A DNA stretch of 59,718 nt from Tepidisphaeraceae bacterium (GTDB lineage: Bacteria > Planctomycetota > Phycisphaerae > Tepidisphaerales > Tepidisphaeraceae): positions 1 through 59,718 of the forward strand of contig DASRLH010000059.1 of the NCBI GenBank assembly GCA_035648595.1. Direction: 5' to 3'. The notes below the pieces were generated by a model that was not told where the DNA came from, did no database searches, and saw nothing but the letters and a program-made list of their open reading frames with translations. Within the stretch, counting starts at the first letter, position 1. Each line of letters starts with the position of its first letter. Below are positions 17,051-26,838 of this stretch, piece by piece. A program made the position numbers and the translations under genes.

Positions 17051-20047
17051 ATGGCTAAAGAAATGTTGATCAACGTCTCCGAGGGCGAGGAATGCCGAAT
17101 CGCACTCGTGGAAGACGGCAAGCTCGAAGAACTTTACATGGAGCGCACCAGCGCTACGTCCCACGTCAATAACATTTACAAGGGCCGGGTGATGAACGTC
17201 GAGCCGTCCATTCAGGCGGCGTTCATCGACTTTGGACTGGGGCGCAACGGATTCCTTCACATCAGCGACCTGATGCCGACCTACTTCGGCCAGAAGGGCG
17301 AAGACATCCAGGAATCGGTCGGCCGCAAGATGGCCCGCCGCGATCGCCCGCCCATCCAGCGCTGCTTGCGCCGCGGTGATGAAGTGCTGGTGCAGGTCAT
17401 CAAGGAAGGGATCGGCACAAAAGGCCCGACCCTCAGCACGTATCTGTCCATCCCCGGCAAGATACTGGTAATGATGCCCGGCATGGCCAGCAAGGGCGTG
17501 AGCCGCAAGATCGAGGACGATGACGAGCGCCGCCGGCTGCGCCAAATCCTCGATGCCCTCAATCCGCCCGATGACGTCGGGTTCATCATCCGCACCGCCG
17601 GCGTCGGCAAGAGCAAGCTCGAGATCGAGCGCGATCTCAAGTACCTGGTCCGCCTCTGGGAAATCATCAAGAAAAAACGCGACGGCGGCCAGGGGCCCGT
17701 CGAGCTCTACACCGAGGGCGACCTCGTCACCCGCACCGTGCGCGACCTGTTCACCAGCGATGTCGATCATCTGGTCATTGACAACCGCGAGGTTGCCCAG
17801 CGCGTGGATGAAGTCATCCGGCTTTCCAATCCCCGCGCTAAAAACCGGGTCGATCTCTACGAAGACCCCATCCCGCTCTTTCACAAATACGGCATCGAAA
17901 AAGAGATCGAACAGATGTACAGCCGCCACGTTCCGCTGCCCAGCGGCGGGAGCCTGGTGATCGACTCGACCGAGGCGATCGTCGCCATCGACGTGAACAG
18001 CGGCAAGTTCCGCGACCACAGCGACGCCGAGACCACCGCCTACAAGATCGACATGGAGGCCGCCGACGAAATCTGTCGCCAGCTCAAGCTGCGCGATTTG
18101 GGCGGCGTGATCATCTGCGACTTCATCGACCTGCGCTACGAGCGCCATCGCACCGACCTTGAAAATCGCCTCAACGAAAACCTCAAACGCGACCGCGCCA
18201 AGACCAAGGTGCTGCGCATGAGCCAGTTCGGCATCGTCGAGATGACGCGCCAGCGCATGCGCCCTTCCTATAAGCGCAGCGTCTATTTCGACTGCCCGCA
18301 CTGCAAGGGGGCGGGCCTGGTCAAGACCCACGAGAGCATGAGCCTGGACGTGATGCGCCGCCTGGCGATCGGCATCAACGACGCGCGGGTCGTTCGCGTC
18401 GAGCTGGCCGTGAACCCCGATGTCGCTTCATACCTGCTCAACAAGCGGCGACAGCAGTTGGCGTGCCTGGAGTACGACTACAACAAAAGCATCTCCATCA
18501 AGTCTGACCCGGCCCTGGGTCTCGATGAGATGAAGCTGGAGCTGTTCGACAACCGGGAAGGAACGGTGGTGCTGCCCAACCTGCTTCCGGCGAGCGTCCC
18601 GCACACGACGCAGTTGCGCACCAAGCCGCAGCTCGCGCCCCCCCCGCGCGGCGGGCGGCCCGGCGCGCACGCCGACGACCGGCGCCCCACCGGGCGCGGC
18701 GCCCAGCCCCAGCCGCGCCATCGCGACGAAGAGCCCGACGACCAGCACGATTGGGAACATAGCGCCGACGAACTCGAAGACCGATCCGAACACATGGATC
18801 GCGATGCCGAGGAAACCGGCGCTCCCTCCCCGGACGTAACGGCGGCGCGCCCGCCGCAACAGCGCGACCGCCAGGACCAAAGGCCCGCCGCTCCCGGCCG
18901 CGCGCAGACGCCCGGCCGCGGGTTCGATGGACGCGCATCGGGCTCCGGGCGCGCTCCTGATCCTCGTCGCGCTCCCGCCCCAGGCCGCGGGCCCAACCCC
19001 GGTCGAGCGCCCGCTCAATCCGGCGGGCGCGGCCCCGCCAATGGCGCACCGGCGGGCAACGCCGATGACAACGAGCAGATGGAAGGGGATGGCCCGCGCC
19101 GCCGCCGCCGTCGGCGTCGCCGGGGCCGCGGCCGCAACGGACAAGCCGCCGAGCAAAACGGCCAGCCCATGCCCAACAGCGCCAACGGCCCGGATGATCG
19201 GGAACGCCCATTCGACGCAAACGATGACAGCCGCCCTCGGGACGACAATCGCGCGCCGATACAGGAGCACGATCGCTCCGACGCCTACGACGCTGGCGCC
19301 GACAATGAACGCGACCGCGAGCCCCAGCGCGATCGCGAGAATGAGTATGACCCCGCGCTCGACCGCGCCGAGGCTTTTGCCGAAGATCGCGGCAGCGGAG
19401 CCGACGTGCGCGATGAGACCGCGCGCGACGACATGGCGCGCGATGAAATGGCGCCGGAGGCGATATCGCATGGCGCTCATGCCGCCGACCGCGATGAGCA
19501 GACCTTGGTGAGTCCGGACCGCGAGCCACTGGCATTGCAAGACACGCCCGACTCTCAAGCCGGCCATGAGGCGCAAGCCCCCTCCGATGAGGCGAAGGGG
19601 CCCGGCAAGAGCCGCCGGCGGGGCAGTCGTGGCCGGGGCCGCGGACGCGCCAAAGCCAAGGACGCCGATCTGTTTGATGAAAGCGGCACGGATGAAAAAG
19701 GCGGCGACGCCTCCACGGATTCACTGGCCCCGGCGCCGGCGCAAACGCCCTCCGATGACACCCCGTCCAGGCGTAAGACAAAGGCCAAACCCCGCCGCGC
19801 CGCTGCCGGCGCGAAGGCTACGGGCGCGAAGGCCGGCTCTGCTCGCGCCGGCAAGCCACGAGGCAAGGGCCGCGCCGCCGCCCAGGCGGCAACCCATGAA
19901 GCGCCCGCCGCCAAGATCGCCGCCCCGGTCGCCCGCACCGGATCGGCCGATAAGCACCTGGTCGATGAAGAACCCGTGGACCACGAACCGGTCCGCCGGC
20001 CGCGCAGTTACCGCGATCTCGACCAAATCCCAGAGGATTTCGATTGA
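17051..20047 (+). CDS. rne: Ribonuclease E
   Basis: S1 domain (IYKGRVMNVEPSIQAAFIDFG), RNase E/G catalytic core (AIDVNSGKF), and Zn-link CPHCKGAG. A ~480-aa Arg/Pro/Asp-rich disordered tail follows from about 18600. A ~240-nt leader precedes the ATG. Confidence 0.9.
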   Translation: MAKEMLINVSEGEECRIALVEDGKLEELYMERTSATSHVNNIYKGRVMNVEPSIQAAFIDFGLGRNGFLHISDLMPTYFGQKGEDIQESVGRKMARRDRPPIQRCLRRGDEVLVQVIKEGIGTKGPTLSTYLSIPGKILVMMPGMASKGVSRKIEDDDERRRLRQILDALNPPDDVGFIIRTAGVGKSKLEIERDLKYLVRLWEIIKKKRDGGQGPVELYTEGDLVTRTVRDLFTSDVDHLVIDNREVAQRVDEVIRLSNPRAKNRVDLYEDPIPLFHKYGIEKEIEQMYSRHVPLPSGGSLVIDSTEAIVAIDVNSGKFRDHSDAETTAYKIDMEAADEICRQLKLRDLGGVIICDFIDLRYERHRTDLENRLNENLKRDRAKTKVLRMSQFGIVEMTRQRMRPSYKRSVYFDCPHCKGAGLVKTHESMSLDVMRRLAIGINDARVVRVELAVNPDVASYLLNKRRQQLACLEYDYNKSISIKSDPALGLDEMKLELFDNREGTVVLPNLLPASVPHTTQLRTKPQLAPPPRGGRPGAHADDRRPTGRGAQPQPRHRDEEPDDQHDWEHSADELEDRSEHMDRDAEETGAPSPDVTAARPPQQRDRQDQRPAAPGRAQTPGRGFDGRASGSGRAPDPRRAPAPGRGPNPGRAPAQSGGRGPANGAPAGNADDNEQMEGDGPRRRRRRRRRGRGRNGQAAEQNGQPMPNSANGPDDRERPFDANDDSRPRDDNRAPIQEHDRSDAYDAGADNERDREPQRDRENEYDPALDRAEAFAEDRGSGADVRDETARDDMARDEMAPEAISHGAHAADRDEQTLVSPDREPLALQDTPDSQAGHEAQAPSDEAKGPGKSRRRGSRGRGRGRAKAKDADLFDESGTDEKGGDASTDSLAPAPAQTPSDDTPSRRKTKAKPRRAAAGAKATGAKAGSARAGKPRGKGRAAAQAATHEAPAAKIAAPVARTGSADKHLVDEEPVDHEPVRRPRSYRDLDQIPEDFD

Positions 20048-20094
20048 TACGCCTTCCATTTGAAATGCCCAAGGAACCCTACGAAAACGGATGA

Positions 20095-20137
20095 TGGAGC
20101 CAAGGGGGATCGAACCCCTAACCTCAGCCTTGCAAAG
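20095..20137 (-). repeat. Distal att repeat: displaced 3' 43 nt of tRNA-Ala
   Basis: tggagccaagggggatcgaacccctaacctcagccttgcaaag is identical over 43/43 nt to 34294-34336. Identity stops exactly at both ends. Confidence 0.9.
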
Positions 20138-20245
20138 AAACGTCAAACGTCCCGTCGAAATGCGGGTAAGGCACTTAGTTTTAAGCCTTATACGCTTCCT
20201 GCAAGCCATTTGCAAGCCTTGGCGTATACAGGCGATTAAAGGCAT

Positions 20246-20632
20246 TCAAATGCCGTATTTCCTGGGTTTTTCTGTATTATTCTGTAAAATCGGCGATTTT
20301 CTGTTCTCGTTTCCGTCGCCGCTGTCCGCAAGCTTAAGGCTGCCCAACCGCGGGGACGGCCACGAAAGGCTTGAATCTGCTACGAAAGGGTTGAATGTGC
20401 CACACTCTGCCCTGTGCCCGGTTGGCGCGTCCTTGCGCAACTTGCGGATGGCGCGCTCGGCTGAATTGCCGGTGGGGGCCGAATCAGAACAATCATTGAT
20501 ATTATCAAAGATTGTTTTCTCTTTGGCGGCGTTCTGGTTCCCGACTGGCGCTCCATGCGGCGTCACGAGTGCCTTGTCCAGCAGGTCCAGCGCTTCCGTG
20601 TCGCCGCGTATGAGGTTCCTCACAAGTTCCAT
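20246..20632 (-). CDS. Hypothetical protein (phage/ICE-type GNQNA...GNS...RKLRKD motif region)
   Basis: The N-terminal 80 aa are protein-like (HGAPVGNQNAAKEK...DNIN...PTGNSAERAIRKLRKDAP). I recall similar segments in mobile-element proteins, but I cannot verify this. The C-terminus runs toward the att site and may be spurious. Confidence 0.35.
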   Translation of the reverse strand: MELVRNLIRGDTEALDLLDKALVTPHGAPVGNQNAAKEKTIFDNINDCSDSAPTGNSAERAIRKLRKDAPTGHRAECGTFNPFVADSSLSWPSPRLGSLKLADSGDGNENRKSPILQNNTEKPRKYGI

Positions 20633-20764
20633 CTTCGCGCCAAGGTCGCCAAGCGAAGATGAACGGCGAACGGGTAAATTTTACCCCTTCGGACAAAGGC
20701 AACGCCGCTGACAAAATCGCCGAGGCCGCCAGCATTTCCCCGGCCCGCCGCTCGGCGCGAATCT

Positions 20765-20995
20765 TTATCTCGGCGGCGTTTTTGCCCTATCCAGCTTGTC
20801 GGCCTCGATGATGTCGAGGCGACGTTCCTGCTCCTTGATGAATGCCTGCTCGCGCCGGTGCATCTGCTCGCCAATCCTTTCGTGGGCAGCGCGGGTTGCA
20901 TCTTGCGCGGCGTTGAAGTCGATGCCCAGGGTCTTCTCGAAGAATTCGCCGATGGGCCGGTCGTCGGGTTTCGGGGTCGTGAATACGTCGCTCAT
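20765..20995 (-). CDS. Hypothetical small protein (76 aa)
   Basis: RBS aaagga lies 5 nt upstream of the ATG, 12 nt after the stop of the upstream gene. The composition is charged and helical. Confidence 0.45.
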   Translation of the reverse strand: MSDVFTTPKPDDRPIGEFFEKTLGIDFNAAQDATRAAHERIGEQMHRREQAFIKEQERRLDIIEADKLDRAKTPPR

Positions 20996-21007
20996 GGGTT
21001 CCTTTCG

Positions 21008-21955
21008 TTAAATGAGTCCACTAAAGGGCTGTTGTTGTTTCCCGTACCACGTCATCGTTTTGACGTTGGCAGTGCTGAGGGTCGGCTCGATCTTCAAGCC
21101 GGCCGGGGGCGCTGGCGGAGAGACGGGGGTTTGTGCGATTCCATACGCATCGCCGATGAAGAATTGGTTTGAGATCGGCTTTCCGGTGCCGTCGAGCGCC
21201 ACGTCGCCGTCTACTTTGTCGGCCACCATCTGGCCCTGGGCGGCGGCGTGGTAGAAATTGCCGGTGTGATAGGCGCCTGCCGGGTCTTTCCACCACCCCA
21301 TGCTTGATTGATCGATCGGATGGTGCTGGAACGGATCGACGCCGGGCCTGAAAAGGAAACGGTATTCCACGATGACATAGGGCGCAAGCCTGGTATAGGC
21401 TTCGATGGGGCGGATGCAATCGCAGTAGGCCTGACCGGCGCTGACGCTGCCGGCGCCCTGGATGCTGAAGTCGTCGGAATTAACTGTGTCCATGAAGGTC
21501 AGGGCGATGCTCACCGAGTAGCTGGGCATGGCCTTGCGCACGATCAACGCTGGCTGGGGGACGGTGGCGGGCGGCGGCGGATCGAAAATGAATGTGCCGC
21601 TATTGACGATGGGGTTGTTGTTGATGTCCTGATCGTCGCCGTAGGTAATGCGCGTCGGTTCCCACAGAATCTTCGGGGGTTCCAGCAACGGTGAATCGGC
21701 GGCCAAGCCGGCATCACCAAAGCGGTAATCGGCGTTGACGTAGAACGCCATCAAGCCGGCGGATTCGGCGGTTCGCTCCTGGCAAAAGAGATTGCTGTTG
21801 TCGGGATGCGGAGCGCCGTTGGTGACGAGGGCAAGGTCGATGGCCTCGTATGGATCGCGGGTTCCGGTGACGAGGAATCGACGACGGGCGGCGTGGCCCC
21901 AGGCGCGCTTGGTCATTCCTATGTTTCGCCAACACTCTGTAACTATGATAGACAT
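21008..21955 (-). CDS. Hypothetical protein, possibly a virion/tail structural protein
   Basis: 315 aa, starting 12 nt downstream of the tape-measure-like gene. The composition looks beta-rich. The assignment rests on position only. Confidence 0.5.
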   Translation of the reverse strand: MSIIVTECWRNIGMTKRAWGHAARRRFLVTGTRDPYEAIDLALVTNGAPHPDNSNLFCQERTAESAGLMAFYVNADYRFGDAGLAADSPLLEPPKILWEPTRITYGDDQDINNNPIVNSGTFIFDPPPPATVPQPALIVRKAMPSYSVSIALTFMDTVNSDDFSIQGAGSVSAGQAYCDCIRPIEAYTRLAPYVIVEYRFLFRPGVDPFQHHPIDQSSMGWWKDPAGAYHTGNFYHAAAQGQMVADKVDGDVALDGTGKPISNQFFIGDAYGIAQTPVSPPAPPAGLKIEPTLSTANVKTMTWYGKQQQPFSGLI

Positions 21956-21967
21956 TTCGGGAGTCCT

Positions 21968-24400
21968 TTATTGTGAGATTCGTTGTGGTTCACTGTTGCC
22001 GAGCGCGTTGAGGATTCGGTCGGCCTTCTGGTTGATCGCTCTCAATTCCGTCGCCGCGATCGCCATGTTTTCGGCGGCTGCGCGGTTGTATGCATCCTCT
22101 CGGGCCTTGATGGCGTGGCCGTGGTTTCCGCCGAAAGTGTTGTCCTCATAGGTGGCCGTCATTTTGTAGGATGACTTGGGCATGCCGGCGCGGTTCGCCG
22201 CGTTCTTGGCTTCTCCCGGCAGATTCTTGAGTGATGCCTGGGCCTGAGCCTTCTGACTGGCCGTGGCGTTCGGATCATGGAGCACGCTTTCCAGGCTCGC
22301 GTCGATTTTCTTGAATTCCTCGGCGGCGTTTAGTCGGGCGAGGGCGCGGGCGGCGAGCGGGTTGTTGCTGGCCCCCAGTATTTGCTTCTGTGCGTCCAGC
22401 AGGGTTTTACCGGCGGCCTGTTGAGCAACCTTGGGGATGGCGTCCAAATTATTTTGAGCGATGGCGCGATCCTGGGGGGATGTGTTTTTGTTGGCGATAA
22501 TGCCTTGCAGTTTTTCGGCTTCCTCACGCAGCTTTTTCGCGGCTTCATATTGCTTGAGTTCCGCCGCCGCCGCGTCGTCGCCGGCTTCGGCCTGGCGTTG
22601 CTTGAGGGCGATGTATTCTGTCTCAAGGAAGTTGCGCATCGACGCGGCTTCGGCCTGCTTTTCGAGGGCCGGCAGCTTATCCAATTCGTCCTGCGCCGCC
22701 TTTCGCTGGCTGGCATCGGCGGTGCGCACAAGCTCATTAAGCTTTCGATATTTCGCGTTGTACTGTTCGGCGATTTCCAGACGGGCCTTTTCAAAGTCCA
22801 TGCGGTGATCACCGGCGGCGGATGCGCCGCCCATCGCGTCGATTTGAGCCCGCGCGATGCTGCTGGCCAGACCGGCCATTCTCTGGCCGGTCTGGCGCTG
22901 GAGGTCTTCCTTGCTCTGCGCGTATTGAACATCGAGGGCGTGATTCTGGGCTCGGGCATCGGCTACCGCACGATCTATGTCCGCCTGGGTAGCTATGCCG
23001 GCAACCTTCTCGCGCTGGAGGGCCTGGAGGTGTTCCTGAAACTCCCTATCGAGGGCTTCCTTCTTGAGCGAAACCGACTGACTGAGGGCTGCGGCGTCGG
23101 CGGAGTAAAACAGGCCGGCCTGGCGAAGCTCGTGCTGGTGATTGCTGGCCATCAATTGACCGATTGCATCCTCGGTCTTGCGGAAGTCCTCATACTTTTG
23201 GCGATTGTACTCTCGGGTTGCCTCGATGATCTGGCGTGCGGTGGTTTGCGCATCCTGGGCTTGCTTCCGCGTCAGTTCCTTCTTGGTGGCGGCGTCGGCC
23301 TGTATGCGCTGCGCATCGAGAACGCCTTGCTCGGTGGTCGCCGCTCCGCGGTCGGCTTCGGATTCCTTCTCTTCGGCGCCGGCCAGGCCCTTGAGTCCGG
23401 GAATGTTTATCCCGACCTTGCTGAACATGTCATTCCAAGCTCCGACCACCGTTCCCCGGATCGAGCCGTGGAATGTGGCGTTGGCGGCTGCGTGAACCTC
23501 GGCCATCTTGTCTTTGACCGATTCCTTGTTGGCATCGGTGGCCTTCTTGATGTCGGCTGCAAGGTCGTCCTTAGAATTTTGCTGATGCTGTTGAAGGGCG
23601 AGGATTCCGCTGGCGCCGCCGCCCAGGCCGACGCGGGCGCCGGTCTGTGAAAGTTCCCTAATTTGCAGGGCGATCGCTTTATACTCCTCACGTTCACGCT
23701 TCAAGAGTTCAAGGCGCCCCGACGTGGCCGCCTCTGTAACTTTATTGAGCGCGTTAATCCGATCTATCTCGCGCGCCTGACTCCCGAAAATCTGGTTGAT
23801 GCTCGCGGCGGCGCTGTATACGCCCCCCAGGATGGGGATCTGCCGGGCCATCGCATCGGCGGCTTCGGCGGCGGTCTTTGTGCCGCCGCGTAGCTCTTGA
23901 TCCAGTTTATTCGCTTGCTCGGTGGCGTCCCTGAGCATGTGGCTCGCCATTCCGACGCCCAGCAACGCGCCTGCCCCGCCCAGGGCGCGGGCGCCCATGC
24001 TGAACGTGCTGCCGCGGCCTACCTTTGCATTGAGGCTTCTGAGCAGCCCTGTGTGAGTGGACGATTCCTCTTGGGCCATTGCGGCGCGCGACTCCGCGAT
24101 GGACCTTCGCACCGCCTCGGCGGATTCCCTGGCGGCGATTGCCGCCGGCGTGGTGGTCAGCCGGGCGACGGTGGACTCGGTGTCCGCGCGGAGCTTGTTG
24201 ATCGTCTCGTGATATGCCTTGCGGTACTCGGCCATTTGAAGCTGGGCGGCTTCCAGTGGCCTGCCTACCTTGTTCTGAGCATCCTGGATTTGCTTCACCG
24301 TAAAGCGCGCGTCGTCTCCCAGCTTTTTGAAGACCTCGGCGGCGCCGACGTCCTTGGCGGAGACGATCCATTGAAGCTCGCGTGTGGTTGTGTCTGACAT
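21968..24400 (-). CDS. Tape-measure-like long helical protein (810 aa)
   Basis: RBS ggag lies 8 nt upstream. The protein is A/Q/E/K-rich and helical throughout, with Gly-rich hydrophobic patches (GARALGGAGALLGVGMASHML, ILGGVYSAAASI) as in phage tape measure proteins. Confidence 0.5.
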   Translation of the reverse strand: MSDTTTRELQWIVSAKDVGAAEVFKKLGDDARFTVKQIQDAQNKVGRPLEAAQLQMAEYRKAYHETINKLRADTESTVARLTTTPAAIAARESAEAVRRSIAESRAAMAQEESSTHTGLLRSLNAKVGRGSTFSMGARALGGAGALLGVGMASHMLRDATEQANKLDQELRGGTKTAAEAADAMARQIPILGGVYSAAASINQIFGSQAREIDRINALNKVTEAATSGRLELLKREREEYKAIALQIRELSQTGARVGLGGGASGILALQQHQQNSKDDLAADIKKATDANKESVKDKMAEVHAAANATFHGSIRGTVVGAWNDMFSKVGINIPGLKGLAGAEEKESEADRGAATTEQGVLDAQRIQADAATKKELTRKQAQDAQTTARQIIEATREYNRQKYEDFRKTEDAIGQLMASNHQHELRQAGLFYSADAAALSQSVSLKKEALDREFQEHLQALQREKVAGIATQADIDRAVADARAQNHALDVQYAQSKEDLQRQTGQRMAGLASSIARAQIDAMGGASAAGDHRMDFEKARLEIAEQYNAKYRKLNELVRTADASQRKAAQDELDKLPALEKQAEAASMRNFLETEYIALKQRQAEAGDDAAAAELKQYEAAKKLREEAEKLQGIIANKNTSPQDRAIAQNNLDAIPKVAQQAAGKTLLDAQKQILGASNNPLAARALARLNAAEEFKKIDASLESVLHDPNATASQKAQAQASLKNLPGEAKNAANRAGMPKSSYKMTATYEDNTFGGNHGHAIKAREDAYNRAAAENMAIAATELRAINQKADRILNALGNSEPQRISQ

Positions 24401-24572
24401 TTGAAAAGCTCCGGTTGATTGTTAAAAACTGCCCGCACGGTCGATCAGGCTCCCGGCGGGCGCGGGACAAGGATTGCCTGGCGGGTGCGAATCGCCCTGG
24501 CGTGCCATTGACCTGCACCTGGCCCGCCGCTCGAACCGTTCACGGCGCCCGCGTGCTACGATGCGGGAGGGA

Positions 24573-25778
24573 TTACCATTCGCGGCCGGCGATTCGGAGG
24601 GCGCCGACGTGGCCCCTCTGGCGCAACCGCCGCGCCGACAATCCATCGCGGGCAATGCCCGCCGCGCCCATCATGGCGTCGTCGTCGCTGCCAGCGTCGG
24701 CCCCCGTGTTAATCGAGAACGTGCTTGGCACATCAGGATTGCTCGTGTGATCCGCGATGAGTTGCAGCGCCAGTGCGTGAACCGCAGGCAGGGCGGCGAG
24801 AAACGCATCGGCGTTGTCCGGCTCGGCTTCGTCGGACAATTCCCAGGGGTTGTAAATCTCCTGGAGCAGGCCCGGCTCCGCCGGGTTGCGATCGGCGCTG
24901 GTGGTGTCCGGGTCGATCGGGCCGTTGCGGGAAAGATAGTCCGTCGCCTCCCCCACAAGCGCGCTGCACGCCACCCGGCTTGCCCAACTCATCGCCGGCG
25001 CGGCGGCGGCATCGGAATCGGGCGGCATATCCATCCGGGAATCGCCGGCTAAATTGATAAGCAAGCTGGCGCAAAGCGGATTGACGCCGGACATCGCCGA
25101 CATCACCGCGGCCGCCGCGACGGCGTGGGCGGAAACGATGAGCAGCGCATCGCCCATCGGATCGGGGGCGGCGGTCGTCGGGTCGTCCGCCGGCGGGGTG
25201 GGAGGCGACGAATCAAGCCCCGTGATGCGCGGGCTGTTGAGGGTCTGCCAGCGTTTCGCCTGCGCCATGCGCGCCAAGCCGACAAGGGAGACATGCGTCC
25301 TCCCATCCGCTATGCCGGATTTCATTAAATCGTCGGCCAACCGATGCACGCGGGCCTTGTGGGAGTCGATGACGATGGCGGCCAGCCGCGCGGCATGTTC
25401 GATGAACGCCTTGGGGTTGGGCTGGTAATTTGCGATGGATCGCAACAGCTCATGGTCGCCATCGCTGCTGAGTCGATCGGCGTTCTGTATCCCGGCATCG
25501 AACATATGCTCGGCGATTTGGCCAGCCAACAGGATCGCGCCCACGTCAACGGCGCTTTCGACGCTCGTCCAGTAGCCGGCGTCGGCAACGTAGGCGTCCC
25601 CCTTGTCTTTTCCGGCGGTGATTCGCTCTACTTTCCGCCCGAGTGCTGCGGCGACAACCGCATGGCCGGCCTCATGGTAGGCGATGGCGACACGGGCCGC
25701 CCAGTCCTTTTCCTCGGCGGCGGCGTGCCGCGCGTACACGTCCGAGTAGCTTTCACTTGGTGATAGTCCTGCAATCAT
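24573..25778 (-). CDS. Zn-metalloprotease-like protein with an FtsH (M41)-type HExxH domain and no AAA module
   Basis: IAYHEAGHAVVAAALGRKVERIT has its HEAGH encoded at 25662-25676. It is followed by ILLAGQIAEHMF, as in the FtsH protease domain. The C-terminal ~220 aa are unrecognised. RBS aaggag lies 7 nt upstream. Confidence 0.6.
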   Translation of the reverse strand: MIAGLSPSESYSDVYARHAAAEEKDWAARVAIAYHEAGHAVVAAALGRKVERITAGKDKGDAYVADAGYWTSVESAVDVGAILLAGQIAEHMFDAGIQNADRLSSDGDHELLRSIANYQPNPKAFIEHAARLAAIVIDSHKARVHRLADDLMKSGIADGRTHVSLVGLARMAQAKRWQTLNSPRITGLDSSPPTPPADDPTTAAPDPMGDALLIVSAHAVAAAAVMSAMSGVNPLCASLLINLAGDSRMDMPPDSDAAAAPAMSWASRVACSALVGEATDYLSRNGPIDPDTTSADRNPAEPGLLQEIYNPWELSDEAEPDNADAFLAALPAVHALALQLIADHTSNPDVPSTFSINTGADAGSDDDAMMGAAGIARDGLSARRLRQRGHVGALRIAGREW

Positions 25779-25939
25779 TTGAGGCTCCTTTTTTCCTGAG
25801 GGTTGCTGGTTTGCCGGCGGCGCTCAAGCTCAAGCCGGGCCGCCGGGCCTGGGCCGGTGGCGTACTTTGCATGTAATGCCAAGCTTTCGTCGGGGAGTTC
25901 CCGGACAAACTCGGCCCATGTACCGTAGGTAACGGTCAT
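25775..25939 (-). CDS. Small protein (54 aa, below the track cutoff) translationally coupled to the protease
   Basis: Hand translation gives MTVTYGTWAEFVRELPDESLALHAKYATGPGPAARLELERRRQTSNPQEKRSLK. RBS aaggag lies 8 nt upstream. Its TGA overlaps the protease ATG (ATGA at 25775-25778). Confidence 0.45.
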   Translation of the reverse strand: MTVTYGTWAEFVRELPDESLALHAKYATGPGPAARLELERRRQTSNPQEKRSLK

Positions 25940-25952
25940 CGTGAGGCTCCTT

Positions 25953-26813
25953 TTAATGGGACACTAAAACTTCATCGAGCGATTTTTTGTGGCCTGGGTT
26001 CGCGGCTTGGCGCCGCTCCATCTGCATCAATTTTAGTTCGTCGGCGACCTGCTCATCGAATGGCCGGCGGTCGCCAAGGTTCGACTTCCCTTGGACGCGC
26101 TGCGCTGCAATGCACTCATCGTTGCTCGGCTCTTTCATGACCGGCGGCTTTGCCTTTGCCGGCTGCTCGGCGGGAAGGTCCGGCGCCCAGCCGCGCTCCC
26201 GCGCCTTGCGAAGTAACAGGCGGTCGCCTTCCTGCATCGTGGCCTCGGTCGCCATGCCCCGCTTGATTTCCGCGAGCAAGGAATCGACGGCGGACCTCTC
26301 CACCAGCAGGCGTTGCTCCTCTCGCAATTGCACGGCGGACTTTTCCGGATCGCGGGGTTTGGCTGGAGGCGGCAGGATGCCGAAGGCGAGAGGAAATTCC
26401 TTGCGAAGCTCATCGGCGCGGCCGGCCTGCCACTCACCGCGGGCGTGCTGCGTGCGGCAGTCAGTGAAACGAGCCGACAAGACGGCGCGCTCCCGATTGA
26501 GTTCCGCCATCAACTTCGCGGCCCGGCCGTTGTAGACGGCGATTTCGATTTCCAGTTGCTTCATCGCCTGGAAGGCATTTTTCCCTTCGGTCACGGCCTG
26601 CTCAAATTGCGCCGCGCGCCCGACGGCCTCGACGTGCTTTTGGAGGAGGTCGGGAGTGATACCGAACCGCGCCCGAAGCGCCTCAAGCCTTTTCTTTTCG
26701 ACGGTCGTCAACTCCTCGCCGTCGGCGTCCCTGGCGACGATGACCGCGTAGGCGGTGCGCGCCTCGGCTTCAGCGGCTTCTTCCCGTGCGCGGATTTCAT
26801 CGACAATGCTCAT
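25953..26813 (-). CDS. Hypothetical coiled-coil protein (286 aa)
   Basis: First gene after the 240-nt gap that contains the 8-mer repeats. Charged and helical; no family recognised. Confidence 0.5.
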   Translation of the reverse strand: MSIVDEIRAREEAAEAEARTAYAVIVARDADGEELTTVEKKRLEALRARFGITPDLLQKHVEAVGRAAQFEQAVTEGKNAFQAMKQLEIEIAVYNGRAAKLMAELNRERAVLSARFTDCRTQHARGEWQAGRADELRKEFPLAFGILPPPAKPRDPEKSAVQLREEQRLLVERSAVDSLLAEIKRGMATEATMQEGDRLLLRKARERGWAPDLPAEQPAKAKPPVMKEPSNDECIAAQRVQGKSNLGDRRPFDEQVADELKLMQMERRQAANPGHKKSLDEVLVSH

Positions 26814-26838
26814 TTTTTTCCTTTGCCGGGTTTCCGGC

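Noticed and set aside
17042-19781. Several long ORFs (429, 382 and 427 aa on the minus strand, plus + frame alternatives) overlapping rne.
   Set aside because: They overlap the conserved RNase E core or its low-complexity tail. Their Arg/Pro/Gly-rich composition is characteristic of out-of-frame GC-rich sequence.
20091-20711. 206-aa plus-strand ORF starting inside the att repeat.
   Set aside because: It reads through the tRNA fragment and is antisense to the element's last gene. The composition is not protein-like.
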